Source: Lutibacter sp. | GTDB taxonomy: Bacteria > Bacteroidota > Bacteroidia > Flavobacteriales > Flavobacteriaceae | NCBI RefSeq assembly: GCF_013139515.1 | Contig: NZ_WTAR01000020.1 | Coordinates: 988-64,987 of the forward strand | Length of the DNA: 64,000 bases | Direction of reading: 5' to 3' | In this document: positions 19,284 through 29,725 of the stretch, piece by piece | How positions within the stretch are numbered: position 1 is the stretch's first letter | Layout: every line of letters begins with the position of its first letter | The notes under the pieces: generated by a model | Seen by the model: only the letters and a program-made list of their open reading frames with translations | Told to the model about the DNA's origin: nothing | Databases searched by the model: none | Made by a program: the position numbers and the translations under genes

Positions 19284-19932
19284 AAAGTCAGAGAACATAT
19301 CGGGTTGGAAAAGATTTATGAAATCTATGACCAAAGCTCACGAATTAGGAACCGAAGAAGATATCATGTTAGACCATGATTATGATGGAATTAAAGAATT
19401 AGACAACGTTTTACCACCTTGGTGGTTGTATGGTTTTTATATTACCATTGCAATGAGCGTATTTTATTATACACAAGTATTTTATAATTCAGAAAAATAT
19501 AGTCAAGCTAAAGAGTATGCAGCTGAAGTAGCTAAGGGTAAAGCAGAAGTAGAGGCCTATAAAGCTGAAAACCCAGATTTATTTAATACAGATAATATTG
19601 TAGCTTTTACTGATGAAGAAAATCTAGCAAAAGGTAAAGAATTGTTTACAACCAAAACCTGTTTTGCTTGTCATTTAAATGATTTAGGAGGAAGTATTGG
19701 ACCAAACTTAACCGATAATGCTTGGATATTAGGAGGTGATGTAAAATCTCTTTTTAATACAATTACTAATGGTGGTAGACCAGGAAAAGGAATGATTGCT
19801 TGGGAAAGTACAATAACTAGAGAAGAAAGAATTCAAATATCTAGTTACATTATTTCAATGCAAGGTACTACACCTGCTAATCCAAAAGCAGCTGAAGGAG
19901 ATATTATTTTTCCAGAAGTAGTAGAAGAATAA
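19276..19932 (+). CDS. ccoP: cbb3 oxidase subunit III (CcoP), single heme
   Basis: HDYDGIKELDN.LPPWW, CFACH, GPNLTD, GMIAW. Confidence 0.92.
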   Translation: MNKKSENISGWKRFMKSMTKAHELGTEEDIMLDHDYDGIKELDNVLPPWWLYGFYITIAMSVFYYTQVFYNSEKYSQAKEYAAEVAKGKAEVEAYKAENPDLFNTDNIVAFTDEENLAKGKELFTTKTCFACHLNDLGGSIGPNLTDNAWILGGDVKSLFNTITNGGRPGKGMIAWESTITREERIQISSYIISMQGTTPANPKAAEGDIIFPEVVEE

Positions 19933-19950
19933 AATAACTATTTAAGTTTA

Positions 19951-19983
19951 AAACATAGCACTTTAGTGAGTGCTATGTTTTTA
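19951..19983 (+). terminator. Intrinsic terminator after ccoP
   Basis: AAACATAGCACT-ttagtg-AGTGCTATGTTT 12-bp stem with T-tract. Confidence 0.8.
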
Positions 19984-20014
19984 TTTTTTTAGATAATAGT
20001 AATTAGGCTCTTTT

Positions 20015-20028
20015 ATGATTTTTGTCAC
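20015..20028. promoter_or_regulatory. Second Fnr-like box upstream of ccoG
   Basis: ATGATTTTTGTCAC (TGA-N6-TCA), upstream of -7 element TAGATTTG at 20060-20067. Confidence 0.55.
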
Positions 20029-20107
20029 TTTTGTGTCTTTTGAGTTAATTAATTAACCATAGATTTGCAAGTGAAAAAAATCAAAAAATAGCCTTTTTAA
20101 ATTCAAT

Positions 20108-21523
20108 ATGAGTACAGATAATAAAGAAGTTTTTAGAGATTCAATAGGGACGATTGATGATAGCGGTAAACGTAATTTTATATACCCAAAAAAACCTAAA
20201 GGTAAATTTTATACGTATAGAACATATGTAAGTTGGTTATTATTAGCCTTTATGCTTGCTTCACCTTTTATAAAAATAAAGGGAAATCAATTTTTGCTAT
20301 TTAATGTTTTAGAACGAAAATTTCACATTTTTGGTTTTCCATTTTGGCCGCAAGACTTCTATTTGTTGGTAATATCATTATTAGTAAGTGTAGTATTTAT
20401 AATTTTATTTACGGTTATTTTTGGAAGAATATTTTGTGGATGGATGTGCCCCCAAACTATTTTTATGGAAATGGTTTTTAGAAAAGTAGAGTACTTAATT
20501 GAAGGTGATAGGTCTAAACAAATTAAGTTAGATAAGCAACAATGGGATACTGAAAAAATTAGAAAACGATTGTTAAAATGGTTTTCTTTTTTCTTAATTT
20601 CATTCATAATATCAAATGTGTTTTTAGCTTATATTATTGGTTCAGATGAGGTTCTAGGATATATAATAGAAGGTCCAGTTAATCATATTGGAACGTTAGT
20701 TAAACTTTTAGTATTTACAGCCGTATTTTATTTCGTATTTGCTTGGTTTAGAGAGCAAGTATGCATTATAGTTTGTCCATACGGTAGGTTGCAAGGTGCG
20801 CTTTTAGATAATAAATCAATTAATGTAGCCTATGATTTTGTTAGAGGAGAAAATGAAAGTGGAAGAAAAAAATTAAGAAAAGACGAAAACAGAGAAGATT
20901 TAGGCCACGGAGATTGTATAGATTGTAAACAATGTGTACAAGTTTGCCCAACAGGGATTGATATTAGAAACGGAACACAGTTAGAATGTATAAATTGCAC
21001 TGCTTGTATTGATGCTTGTGATGATATAATGGATAAATCTGGTTTTGACAAAGGTTTAATTCGTTATGCTTCAGAAGATGATATAGAGAAAAAAGAAAAA
21101 TTTAAATTCAATGCTCGTTTAATTGCATATTCAGCAATATTAACAATTTTAGTAGTGGCGCTTGTAACGTTATTATTTTTAAGAAACGATGTGGAAGCCA
21201 CAGTATTAAGATTACCTGGTCAAACATTTCAAACTAGCGGAGCTGCAATAAAAAATATTTATACCGTTAAATTAATAAATAAAACTACTGAAGATATTGA
21301 GAATGTAGAAATTAAGTTAATATCTCACAAAGGAACAGTAGAAGTGGTTGGTGGGTATCTTAAAGTTAAAAAGCAAGCACTACAATCAGGTACTTTATTT
21401 ATAGAAATTAATAAAAAAGACTTAAGTTCATCAAAAGAAAATTTAAACATAGGGATTTACTCCAACGGAAAATTGATAGAAACAACAACTACTAATTTTA
21501 TGGGACCTTTAAAACATAATTAA
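20108..21523 (+). CDS. ccoG: Cytochrome c oxidase accessory protein CcoG
   Basis: GRIFCGWMCPQ, CIIVCPYGR, CIDCKQCVQVCP, CINCTACIDAC. Confidence 0.95.
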   Translation: MSTDNKEVFRDSIGTIDDSGKRNFIYPKKPKGKFYTYRTYVSWLLLAFMLASPFIKIKGNQFLLFNVLERKFHIFGFPFWPQDFYLLVISLLVSVVFIILFTVIFGRIFCGWMCPQTIFMEMVFRKVEYLIEGDRSKQIKLDKQQWDTEKIRKRLLKWFSFFLISFIISNVFLAYIIGSDEVLGYIIEGPVNHIGTLVKLLVFTAVFYFVFAWFREQVCIIVCPYGRLQGALLDNKSINVAYDFVRGENESGRKKLRKDENREDLGHGDCIDCKQCVQVCPTGIDIRNGTQLECINCTACIDACDDIMDKSGFDKGLIRYASEDDIEKKEKFKFNARLIAYSAILTILVVALVTLLFLRNDVEATVLRLPGQTFQTSGAAIKNIYTVKLINKTTEDIENVEIKLISHKGTVEVVGGYLKVKKQALQSGTLFIEINKKDLSSSKENLNIGIYSNGKLIETTTTNFMGPLKHN

Positions 21524-21976
21524 ATGAAGTTAAAAATTAGTTGGCCAACAGGTATTGTTATTGCAATTACAGCTTTTGTAATATTTATACTATCTTTTGT
21601 TTATAAGGCAACATTTGTGCCTGCATACGATCATCATTTGGTGTCAGAAGATTATTATAAAGATGAGTTAAACTATCAACAAGAAATAGATAAACTAGAT
21701 AATGCTGCAAAATTGGCACAAAATATTACCTATAAAAAAACAGCTTCAGGCTTATTAATTAGTTTTCCTTTAGAATTTACTCCTGCAAAAATTAAAGGAA
21801 CAATAGCATTTCAAAGACTTTCAAACGATAAAATTGATTTTAAAATTCCTATTGAATTAACAACTAATGATTATTTGATTAAAGATGAGAAACTTGTTGA
21901 AGGAAGATGGAATATAAAAATTGAATGGTCAGTTGGTGAGACTAATTATTTATTTAAAAATAAATTAATGTATTAA
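21524..21976 (+). CDS. ccoH: FixH/CcoH family protein
   Basis: SWPTGI N-terminal TM, LVSEDYYKDEL.YQ motif, operon position. Confidence 0.85.
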   Translation: MKLKISWPTGIVIAITAFVIFILSFVYKATFVPAYDHHLVSEDYYKDELNYQQEIDKLDNAAKLAQNITYKKTASGLLISFPLEFTPAKIKGTIAFQRLSNDKIDFKIPIELTTNDYLIKDEKLVEGRWNIKIEWSVGETNYLFKNKLMY

Positions 21977-21977
21977 T

Positions 21978-22700
21978 ATGCTCTGGACAGGACTTCTTTT
22001 AGGGTTGGCAGGTGGTTTTCACTGTGTTGGTATGTGTGGTCCAATTGCATTTATATTACCAGTAAATAGAGACTCTAAATCATCCCTTATATTTCAAACA
22101 TTTTTATATCATTTAGGTAGAATATTAAGTTATTCTATAATTGGAATTATATTCGGTTTTATTGGAAAAGGATTATATTTAGCAGGGTTTCAGCAACGTT
22201 TATCCGTTTTAACAGGCGTTGTTATGATTGTAATAGTGTTTATTCCAATATCAATATTTAATAAGTATAATTTTTCAAAACCTTTATACGCAATTATTGG
22301 AAAAGTAAAGCGTAAGTTAGGCTTTTACTTAACTAAAAAGTCTAACAAAGCATTATTTTTAATAGGATTTTTTAATGGATTTTTACCTTGTGGTTTGGTA
22401 TATATGGCTTTAATTGGTTCAATTTCAACAGGAAATTCTATTGAAGGAGCATTATATATGGCGTTATTTGGGTTAGGAACAACTCCTTTAATGACTTCAG
22501 CAGTTTTATTAGGTAATTTTGTAACTTTATCAGTTCGAAAAAAAATTCAAAAAGTAATACCAGTTTTTGTGGTTATTATAGGATTATTATTTATTTTGCG
22601 AGGATTAGGTTTAGGAATTCCTTATATTTCACCATCAGACGCAAAATTGCAAATATCTAACAATCCAGATACGTGTATAACCATAGAAAATAAAGAATAA
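21978..22700 (+). CDS. Sulfite exporter TauE/SafE / DsbD_2-like membrane protein of cco clusters
   Basis: HCVGMCGP and GFLPCGLVY motifs. Confidence 0.85.
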   Translation: MLWTGLLLGLAGGFHCVGMCGPIAFILPVNRDSKSSLIFQTFLYHLGRILSYSIIGIIFGFIGKGLYLAGFQQRLSVLTGVVMIVIVFIPISIFNKYNFSKPLYAIIGKVKRKLGFYLTKKSNKALFLIGFFNGFLPCGLVYMALIGSISTGNSIEGALYMALFGLGTTPLMTSAVLLGNFVTLSVRKKIQKVIPVFVVIIGLLFILRGLGLGIPYISPSDAKLQISNNPDTCITIENKE

Positions 22701-22703
22701 TTT

Positions 22704-23561
22704 ATGGAAGAAACTTCAAAATTAACTCTTGAAGATTTTAATCAGATAACTTCAAATAATGAACTTTTGCAAACAATTAAGCAAAAGAATATTGATATTG
22801 ATAAAGTACATAAAAAATTATTTTATGAAGAGGAATTACGCCGTTTACAAATTGAATTGGTAAAACTTCAGCATTGGATATCAGAAAACAATAAACGTGT
22901 AGCAATTGTTTTTGAAGGACGTGATGCTGCGGGTAAAGGTGGAAATATTAGACGTTTCACAGAACATTTAAACCCACGTTCTATGAGGTTGGTTGCACTA
23001 AATAAACCTACTGAAGTTGAGCAAGGGCAATGGTATTTTAGACGTTATATTAGAAAATTACCGAATCCAGGAGAAATTGTATTTTTTGATAGAAGTTGGT
23101 ATAATAGAGCAGTAGTTGAGCCTGTAATGGGGTTTTGTACTGAAACTCAGTATGATAAATTTATGGTACAAGTACCAGAATTTGAACACATGTTGTATGA
23201 AGACGGAATGGTTTTAATTAAATTTTGGTTTTCAATTTCAAAAGACGAACAGTTAGAAAGATTTAATGCTCGTTTAGAAACACCGTTAAAACGTTGGAAG
23301 TTTAGTCCGGTTGATAAAAAAGGACAAGAATTGTGGGATAAGTATAGTCATTTTAAAGAGCAAATGTTTAGTAAAACACATACAAGTTATAGCCCTTGGA
23401 TTACAGTTAGAGCAAACGATAAAAAAATTGCTCGTTTAGAGTGTATTAGGTATGTTTTATCTCAATTTGATTATGATGGAAAAGATGAAGCTTTAACAAC
23501 ACTTTTCCCTGATCCAAATATAATTATGAGATATTATCGTTCATCAAACCAAATTGATTAA
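22704..23561 (+). CDS. ppk2: Polyphosphate kinase 2
   Basis: FEGRDAAGKGG Walker A, FDRSWYNR. Confidence 0.95.
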   Translation: MEETSKLTLEDFNQITSNNELLQTIKQKNIDIDKVHKKLFYEEELRRLQIELVKLQHWISENNKRVAIVFEGRDAAGKGGNIRRFTEHLNPRSMRLVALNKPTEVEQGQWYFRRYIRKLPNPGEIVFFDRSWYNRAVVEPVMGFCTETQYDKFMVQVPEFEHMLYEDGMVLIKFWFSISKDEQLERFNARLETPLKRWKFSPVDKKGQELWDKYSHFKEQMFSKTHTSYSPWITVRANDKKIARLECIRYVLSQFDYDGKDEALTTLFPDPNIIMRYYRSSNQID

Positions 23562-23563
23562 GT

Positions 23564-24355
23564 ATGCATGAAGAATACATATTGACGGAAGAAGATACTA
23601 AAATTCTTAATTCTAATAAGGGTTTAACAGCATTACTATCTAAAGATCCTTATAATTTAGAAAAAGCTGTTAGATACGTTAAGTATGAAAAAAAATTAAA
23701 AAAATTGCAGGTTGAATTGATAAGATTACAATCTTGGGCAATTGCTGAGAATGAACGTATAATTGTGATTTTTGAAGGGCGTGATGCTGCAGGAAAAGGT
23801 GGCGCAATTAGACGAATTACTGAAAGAATGAACCCTCGTCATTTACGAATTGTAGCATTGCCAAAGCCAACAGAAGATGAAAAATCACAGTGGTATTTTC
23901 AACGGTATGTAAAGCAATTTCCAAAAGCTGGAGAATTAGTTTTTTTTGATAGAAGTTGGTATAATAGAGCTGTTGTAGAGCCAGTAAATGGTTTTTGTAC
24001 AAATGAAGAGCATGAGGTGTTTATGAATCAAGTGAATGATTTTGAAAGAATGATTACCGAATCGGGTATTCGTTTAGTAAAAATGTACATGTCTATTTCA
24101 AAAAAAGAACAAGCAAAGCGTTTTGATGATATTAAAAGTAATCCTCTAAAACAATGGAAAATGACTGCTGTTGATGGAAGAGCACAAGAATTATGGGATG
24201 TTTATACAGAATATAAAAATAAAATGTTTGCGAAAACAAAAGAAGGTACTGTTGCTTGGAAAATTATAAGAGCAAACCGTAAAACATTTGCTAGGGTCTC
24301 TGCAATTAACACTATTTTAGAGAGCATTCCTTACGATAAAAACAGAGAAGTTTAA
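23564..24355 (+). CDS. ppk2: Polyphosphate kinase 2 (second tandem copy)
   Basis: FEGRDAAGKGG, FDRSWYNR. Confidence 0.95.
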   Translation: MHEEYILTEEDTKILNSNKGLTALLSKDPYNLEKAVRYVKYEKKLKKLQVELIRLQSWAIAENERIIVIFEGRDAAGKGGAIRRITERMNPRHLRIVALPKPTEDEKSQWYFQRYVKQFPKAGELVFFDRSWYNRAVVEPVNGFCTNEEHEVFMNQVNDFERMITESGIRLVKMYMSISKKEQAKRFDDIKSNPLKQWKMTAVDGRAQELWDVYTEYKNKMFAKTKEGTVAWKIIRANRKTFARVSAINTILESIPYDKNREV

Positions 24356-24388
24356 AATAAAAACCTCAGATTTGAGGCTTTTTATTTT
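24354..24388. terminator. Bidirectional terminator between convergent ppk2 and msrB
   Basis: AAAATAAAAA-CCTCA-gatt-TGAGG-C-TTTTTATTTT. Confidence 0.7.
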
Positions 24389-24416
24389 AAATATTTACTA
24401 AGATTAATTTAACTTT

Positions 24417-24893
24417 TTAGTTAACTTCTTTCACAAATTTTATAGAAGTAGTATTTACACAATAACGTTGACCAGTTGTTTCTTTGGGTCCATCATTAAA
24501 TATATGACCTAAATGGCTATCGCACGTAGCGCAAACTATTTCGATTCTAATCATTCCGTGAGATTTATCTTGTACATAGTTAATAGTTCCTTTTATTGAA
24601 TCATCAAATGAAGGCCAGCCGCAATGAGATTCAAATTTACTATTTGATTCAAATAATTGAGTATTACAAGCTGCGCAGTGATAAGTTCCTTTTTCAAAAT
24701 GAGAAGTTAAACCATCTTCACTTGGAGCATCTGTCCCTTTTTGTCTAAGTACATAGTATTGCTGAGGTGTTAACTCATTTTTCCATTCAGCTTCTGTTTT
24801 TATAACTTTTTTATTCATTTTTTTGTTTGTTTTTTCTTGTGAATAACTTAGAAAAGTAGTTGTTAAGAATAGAATTGTAACTAATATTTTCAT
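24417..24893 (-). CDS. msrB: Peptide-methionine (R)-S-oxide reductase MsrB, with signal peptide
   Basis: CAAC and CATC zinc motifs, GWPSF, HLGHIF, RYCVN; likely start MKILVTIL at 24893. Confidence 0.93.
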   Translation of the reverse strand: MKILVTILFLTTTFLSYSQEKTNKKMNKKVIKTEAEWKNELTPQQYYVLRQKGTDAPSEDGLTSHFEKGTYHCAACNTQLFESNSKFESHCGWPSFDDSIKGTINYVQDKSHGMIRIEIVCATCDSHLGHIFNDGPKETTGQRYCVNTTSIKFVKEVN

Positions 24894-24897
24894 TGTG

Positions 24898-25776
24898 TTA
24901 ATTTCTTTGTATAAATTCAATAATTCTACTTATTACTTGGTTATCTTTTAAAATACGTCTGTGGCCTAAACCATTTGTAATTAAAAGTTCACCTTGTTTT
25001 AAGTTTTGTCGAATATTGTATGCGCAACTAACAGGTACATCTATATCTTCAGTATCGTGAATTACTAGTGTAGGAATTTGTACGTTTTTTGCAGAATTAC
25101 TTGCTGAATAATCATCAATATCTTTTCCAAATTTATTGTAAAAATATTTTTTTATTTTACCAACCATTTTAGGCTTTAGTTCTATTTTTTTTACAAAGTC
25201 TGTAATAATATCAGTAATAACATCTCCAGCACCAATAGTAACTACTTTTTTAAGCTGTAAGCCTTTTTTTACACTATTTAAAACAGCCATTCCGCCTAAT
25301 GAATGACCAATAGCAAATTCAAAAGGACCGTATGTAGATTCAATTAATTCTGTTGCTATAACAAATTCATTCATCATAGTCGTTTTTCCAGTTGATTTAC
25401 CGTGAGCTGGGCCATCAAAACTGATAGTCATAAAGCCATTTTCTAATAACTTATCTGCAATTTTAAACAATTGTGTTCCTCTGCCAGCCCAACCATGAAT
25501 TAATAAAACTTTTCTTTTTGAATAACCATAAGAATAAACCATTAACTTTTTATTTAATTCAGGAATATATAGAAGTTCTTTTTTTGCACTTTTAGCCATT
25601 AATTTTTCACGTTCTGGTGTTTTAAACTTTATGGGTGTTTTAAATAACTTAACGGCAAATATTGTAGCTAAACTAGGTGAAATAAATTGTAATATTTTTC
25701 CAACGAGTAGTATTGAAGAAGGAACTTTAGGAATATTATTTTGAGGTAAAAGTTCTTTACCATTCAATTTGTTCAT
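24898..25776 (-). CDS. Alpha/beta fold hydrolase
   Basis: HGWAG, GHSLG nucleophile elbow, HDTED, GLGHR. Confidence 0.88.
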   Translation of the reverse strand: MNKLNGKELLPQNNIPKVPSSILLVGKILQFISPSLATIFAVKLFKTPIKFKTPEREKLMAKSAKKELLYIPELNKKLMVYSYGYSKRKVLLIHGWAGRGTQLFKIADKLLENGFMTISFDGPAHGKSTGKTTMMNEFVIATELIESTYGPFEFAIGHSLGGMAVLNSVKKGLQLKKVVTIGAGDVITDIITDFVKKIELKPKMVGKIKKYFYNKFGKDIDDYSASNSAKNVQIPTLVIHDTEDIDVPVSCAYNIRQNLKQGELLITNGLGHRRILKDNQVISRIIEFIQRN

Positions 25777-25852
25777 ATTATCATATATATTTGCGCATAA
25801 AGATAGAATTTGTAACTTTATAATTAGTGCAACAATTAAAAATAACTAAAAA

Positions 25853-26656
25853 ATGAAAAAAATAATATCATTAGCCATCGTTTTCTTATTTATAGTAAGC
25901 TGTAGTACCGTACCAATTACGGGTCGTAAAAGAATTAATGTAGTTAGCGATGCTCAAATATTACCTGCCAGTTTTGCTCAATATGAAGGGTTTTTAAAAG
26001 AGAATAAGGTTTCTAGAAATATTAAAATGACGAATGAAATTCAGTCTGTAGGTTTAAATATTTCAAAAGCTGTAGATAAATTCATGCGTGCAAATGGTAT
26101 GGTAAGTGAAGCCAATAGTTACCGTTGGGAGTTTAATTTAATTGAAGATTCTAATGTAAATGCTTGGTGTATGCCTGGAGGTAAAGTAGTTTTTTATACA
26201 GGTATTTTACCAATATGTGATAATAGAGATGGTATTGCAGCCGTAATGGGACATGAAGTTGCTCATGCTTTTGCAAAACATGGTCAGGAACGTATGACAA
26301 GTGCTTATGGACAACAATTAGGGGGTATTGCTGTTGCTATAGGAACAAATAATAAAGATCCAAAAACACGTGCTCTTTGGAATACAATTTATGGAGTTGG
26401 TTCAACAGTTGGAATGTTAGCTTATAGCAGAACTCATGAAACTGAAGCGGATAAATTGGGAATGGTTTTTATGATTATGGCTGGTTATAAACCAGAAGAA
26501 GCCATAAATGTTTGGATTAGAATGAGTGAAAGAGCAGGTGGAAATACACCACCTGAATTTTTAAGTACGCATCCATCTAACCAAACAAGAATTCAAAACT
26601 TGAAGAATTATTTACCAACAGCTATAAGTTTAGCTAATAAATATAATACACAATAG
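25853..26656 (+). CDS. M48 family metallopeptidase lipoprotein
   Basis: Lipobox IVSC, NAWCMPGG, HEVAH, ETEAD, FLSTHP. Confidence 0.92.
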   Translation: MKKIISLAIVFLFIVSCSTVPITGRKRINVVSDAQILPASFAQYEGFLKENKVSRNIKMTNEIQSVGLNISKAVDKFMRANGMVSEANSYRWEFNLIEDSNVNAWCMPGGKVVFYTGILPICDNRDGIAAVMGHEVAHAFAKHGQERMTSAYGQQLGGIAVAIGTNNKDPKTRALWNTIYGVGSTVGMLAYSRTHETEADKLGMVFMIMAGYKPEEAINVWIRMSERAGGNTPPEFLSTHPSNQTRIQNLKNYLPTAISLANKYNTQ

Positions 26657-26706
26657 ATTTAAGTCAATCACCGTTTTTTAAATAACAAATAATTATAGTA
26701 TATTGT

Positions 26707-26737
26707 AAACCGTTCTCACGTTTGAGAACGGTTTTTA
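26707..26737 (+). terminator. Intrinsic terminator after the M48 peptidase
   Basis: AAACCGTTCTCA-cgtt-TGAGAACGGTTT stem plus T-tract. Confidence 0.8.
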
Positions 26738-26748
26738 TTTAGAAAATT

Positions 26749-28053
26749 ATGTTAAAAAAAGGCGACAAAAAATTGATTAATGGTTGGGCATTTTACGATT
26801 GGGCAAACTCAGTATACTCATTAGTAATTGGAACAGCAGTTTTTCCAATTTATTATGAATCTGTAACAAGCTCAGAGGGTGGAATAGTTCAGTTTTTAGG
26901 AACAGAATGGCATAATACTACTTTATATTCGTATGCTTTAGGCTTCTCATTTTTAGTAGTTGCATTTTTATCGCCAATACTTTCAGCAATTGCAGATTAT
27001 ACAGGGAACAAAAAGCGCTTTATGCAATTTTTCTGTTTTTTAGGTTCATTTTCAGTAATGTCACTTTACTTTTTTACAGGGAAGGAGAATATTTGGGTAG
27101 GAATTATTTTTACCATCTTGGCTAGCATTGGTTTTTGGGGAAGTATTGTTTTTTACAATGCTTATTTACCTGAAGTTGCTGAACCAAAAGACCATGATAG
27201 AGTTAGTGCAAAAGGATTTATGCTTGGTTATATAGGCTCAATTTTATTGTTAGGATTTAATTTATCTATGGTTATGAAGCCTGAATGGTATGGTATTATA
27301 GATTCAACATTTCCTGCTAGAATTTCATTTCTTACTGTAGGTATTTGGTGGTTAGGTTTTGCTCAAGTTACATTTAGCCGTTTACCTAACAATCCCTTTA
27401 AAAGAAAACCAGAAAGAGATTTTATTTTCAAAGGTTATAGAGAATTAAAAATAGTGCTTAAAGAAATAAAAACTCAGAGTCAATTGAAAATTTTATTAAT
27501 TTCATTTTTCTTATACAGTATAGGGGTTCAGACAGTTATACTGCTGGCTTCAGTGTTTGGAATAAAAGACTTAGGTTTAGAAACAAGTAATTTGATTATT
27601 ACTATTTTACTAATTCAATTAGTTGGTGTTTTAGGAGCATTTGTATTTTCAAGGTTATCTGAAAAAATAGGGAATATTAAGGCTTTGAAAATCACAGTTT
27701 TAATTTGGAGTGTTGCTTGTATGGGCGCATATACATTGCATAGAGAAGACCCAAATGTGTATTTAAAATTTTATGCTTTGGGTGGTTTTATTGGTTTGGT
27801 GTTGGGAGCTATTCAAACATTGTCTCGTTCAACGTATTCAAAATTAATACCTGATACAACTCAAGATCACGCAACTTATTTTAGTTTTTATGATGTGACA
27901 GAGAAAATAGCCATTGTATTTGGAATGACATTAGCCGGTATTGTAACATCGTTTACAAGTTCTTTACGTTTATTTATATTAATTTTAGCTATCTTTTTTA
28001 TTGCAGGATTTATTGTCTTAAGCTTTATGAAAGGTTCAAAATATGTTAAATAA
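26749..28053 (+). CDS. MFS transporter (UMF1/ATG22-like)
   Basis: GWAFYDWANS, YNAYLP, RSTYSKLIP motifs; about 12 TM. Confidence 0.88.
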   Translation: MLKKGDKKLINGWAFYDWANSVYSLVIGTAVFPIYYESVTSSEGGIVQFLGTEWHNTTLYSYALGFSFLVVAFLSPILSAIADYTGNKKRFMQFFCFLGSFSVMSLYFFTGKENIWVGIIFTILASIGFWGSIVFYNAYLPEVAEPKDHDRVSAKGFMLGYIGSILLLGFNLSMVMKPEWYGIIDSTFPARISFLTVGIWWLGFAQVTFSRLPNNPFKRKPERDFIFKGYRELKIVLKEIKTQSQLKILLISFFLYSIGVQTVILLASVFGIKDLGLETSNLIITILLIQLVGVLGAFVFSRLSEKIGNIKALKITVLIWSVACMGAYTLHREDPNVYLKFYALGGFIGLVLGAIQTLSRSTYSKLIPDTTQDHATYFSFYDVTEKIAIVFGMTLAGIVTSFTSSLRLFILILAIFFIAGFIVLSFMKGSKYVK

Positions 28054-29245
28054 AAAATACGATTTTATTGTAGTAGGTGCTGGTATAGTTGGCTTAGCAA
28101 CTGCGTATAAATTACAATTAAAATTCCCTAAAAAATCTATAGCAGTTTTAGAAAAAGAAGATGAAGTTGGTTTGCATCAAACAGGACGGAATTCAGGTGT
28201 AATGCATTCTGGTATTTATTATAAGCCAGGTTCTTTTAAAGCTTTAAACTGTAAAAATGGAAGTGAACAACTTATTAATTTTGCTAAAAAGTTTAATGTA
28301 AATCATGATGTTTGTGGGAAAGTAATTGTTGCAACTACAGAAGATGAACTACCAATTTTAGATGAAATTTTTAAGAAAGGAATTGAAAACCAGACTGATG
28401 GTATTTGTTTTTTGTCTTCGGAAGAAATAAAAGAAAAAGAGCCTTGTATTGAAGGCCTAAAAGCAATTTGGGTACCAACAGCCGGAATTATTGATTATGT
28501 AGCAGTTTCTAAAGAGTTTATCCATCAAATTCATCTAATAAATCCTAAAAGTAATTTAATAGCTTCTTGTAAAGTTTTAAAAGTATTTTCAAATAAAAAT
28601 CACACTATTCTTCAAACTTCAAAAGGTGAATTAACTTCAAAAAAAGTAATATTTTGTACAGGTTTACAGTCAGATAGAATAGCTGAAAAAGACGATTTAA
28701 AATTAGACTTGCATATTGTAGGTTTTAGAGGTGATTATTTTGAATTAAAGCCTGAAGCAGCTCATAAAGTTAAAAACTTAGTATATCCAGTTCCCAATCC
28801 AAAATTTCCTTTTTTAGGAGTTCATTTTACAAGAATGATAGATGGTAGTATAGAATGTGGGCCAAATGCAGTATTTTCTTTTAAGCGTGAGGGCTATAAA
28901 CGTATAAGTTTTAGTTTTAGAGACACTTTTGAAGCATTGACTTTTAAAGGTACTTGGAAATTATTTAGTAAGCATTGGCGTAAAGGAATTGATGAATATA
29001 AACGTGCTTTTTCTAAACGTTTATTTGTAAAAGAACTTCAAAAAATGATGCCAAGTATTACTGAAAACGACGTCCAATCTGCAAGATCTGGTGTGAGAGC
29101 ACAAGCAATTGATTTTAATGGAAATATGGTAGATGATTTTAAAATTATGAACCACAATAATAATATTCATGTACTAAATGCTCCTTCACCAGCTGCAACA
29201 TCGTGCCTGGCAATTGCTGATGAGATTGTTACTTTTGTTTGTTAG
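28043..29245 (+). CDS. lhgO: L-2-hydroxyglutarate oxidase (LhgO family FAD oxidoreductase)
   Basis: GAGIVG, QTGRNSGVMHSGIYY, FPFLGVH, NAPSPAAT. Confidence 0.88.
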   Translation: MLNKKYDFIVVGAGIVGLATAYKLQLKFPKKSIAVLEKEDEVGLHQTGRNSGVMHSGIYYKPGSFKALNCKNGSEQLINFAKKFNVNHDVCGKVIVATTEDELPILDEIFKKGIENQTDGICFLSSEEIKEKEPCIEGLKAIWVPTAGIIDYVAVSKEFIHQIHLINPKSNLIASCKVLKVFSNKNHTILQTSKGELTSKKVIFCTGLQSDRIAEKDDLKLDLHIVGFRGDYFELKPEAAHKVKNLVYPVPNPKFPFLGVHFTRMIDGSIECGPNAVFSFKREGYKRISFSFRDTFEALTFKGTWKLFSKHWRKGIDEYKRAFSKRLFVKELQKMMPSITENDVQSARSGVRAQAIDFNGNMVDDFKIMNHNNNIHVLNAPSPAATSCLAIADEIVTFVC

Positions 29246-29324
29246 AAGTTATATGTTTTTAAAAAGTATGTTGTAAATTTGAAAAGCTTAAATAAACCTA
29301 TAACTAAATATCATTACCCCTTAA

Positions 29325-29696
29325 ATGATTTTAACTGAATTTGATTATAAAACTGCTATTCTTCATACAAAGTTTGAAGGTGAAATTACACTCCTAGAAA
29401 TTGTTGAATATATAAAATCAACCAAAAATAATAAAGAATATCCTAGAATTTTAAAAATTTTGACTGATGCCTCTACTTCTAAGATGAATTTAGAATTTGA
29501 AGATTTAGGAGTTATTGTTTCAGAAAATTATAAATCTATTGAAAAATATGATTGTATAATTGATGCCATAGTTTTAGAAAACCCAAAAGAAACTGCTTTA
29601 TCGTTTTTATATAAAGAACTGGTGAAAACGGGTAAATATAAATTTGAAGTTTTTTCTACACAAGAAGCGGCTATAAGGTGGTTAGATAACTATTAG
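29325..29696 (+). CDS. SpoIIAA/STAS-like hypothetical protein
   Basis: 123 aa, C-terminal FSTQEAAIRWL; own -7 element TAAATTTG at 29274-29281. Confidence 0.6.
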   Translation: MILTEFDYKTAILHTKFEGEITLLEIVEYIKSTKNNKEYPRILKILTDASTSKMNLEFEDLGVIVSENYKSIEKYDCIIDAIVLENPKETALSFLYKELVKTGKYKFEVFSTQEAAIRWLDNY

Positions 29697-29725
29697 TTTT
29701 CACCATGGTTAGTCTCAATAATAAT

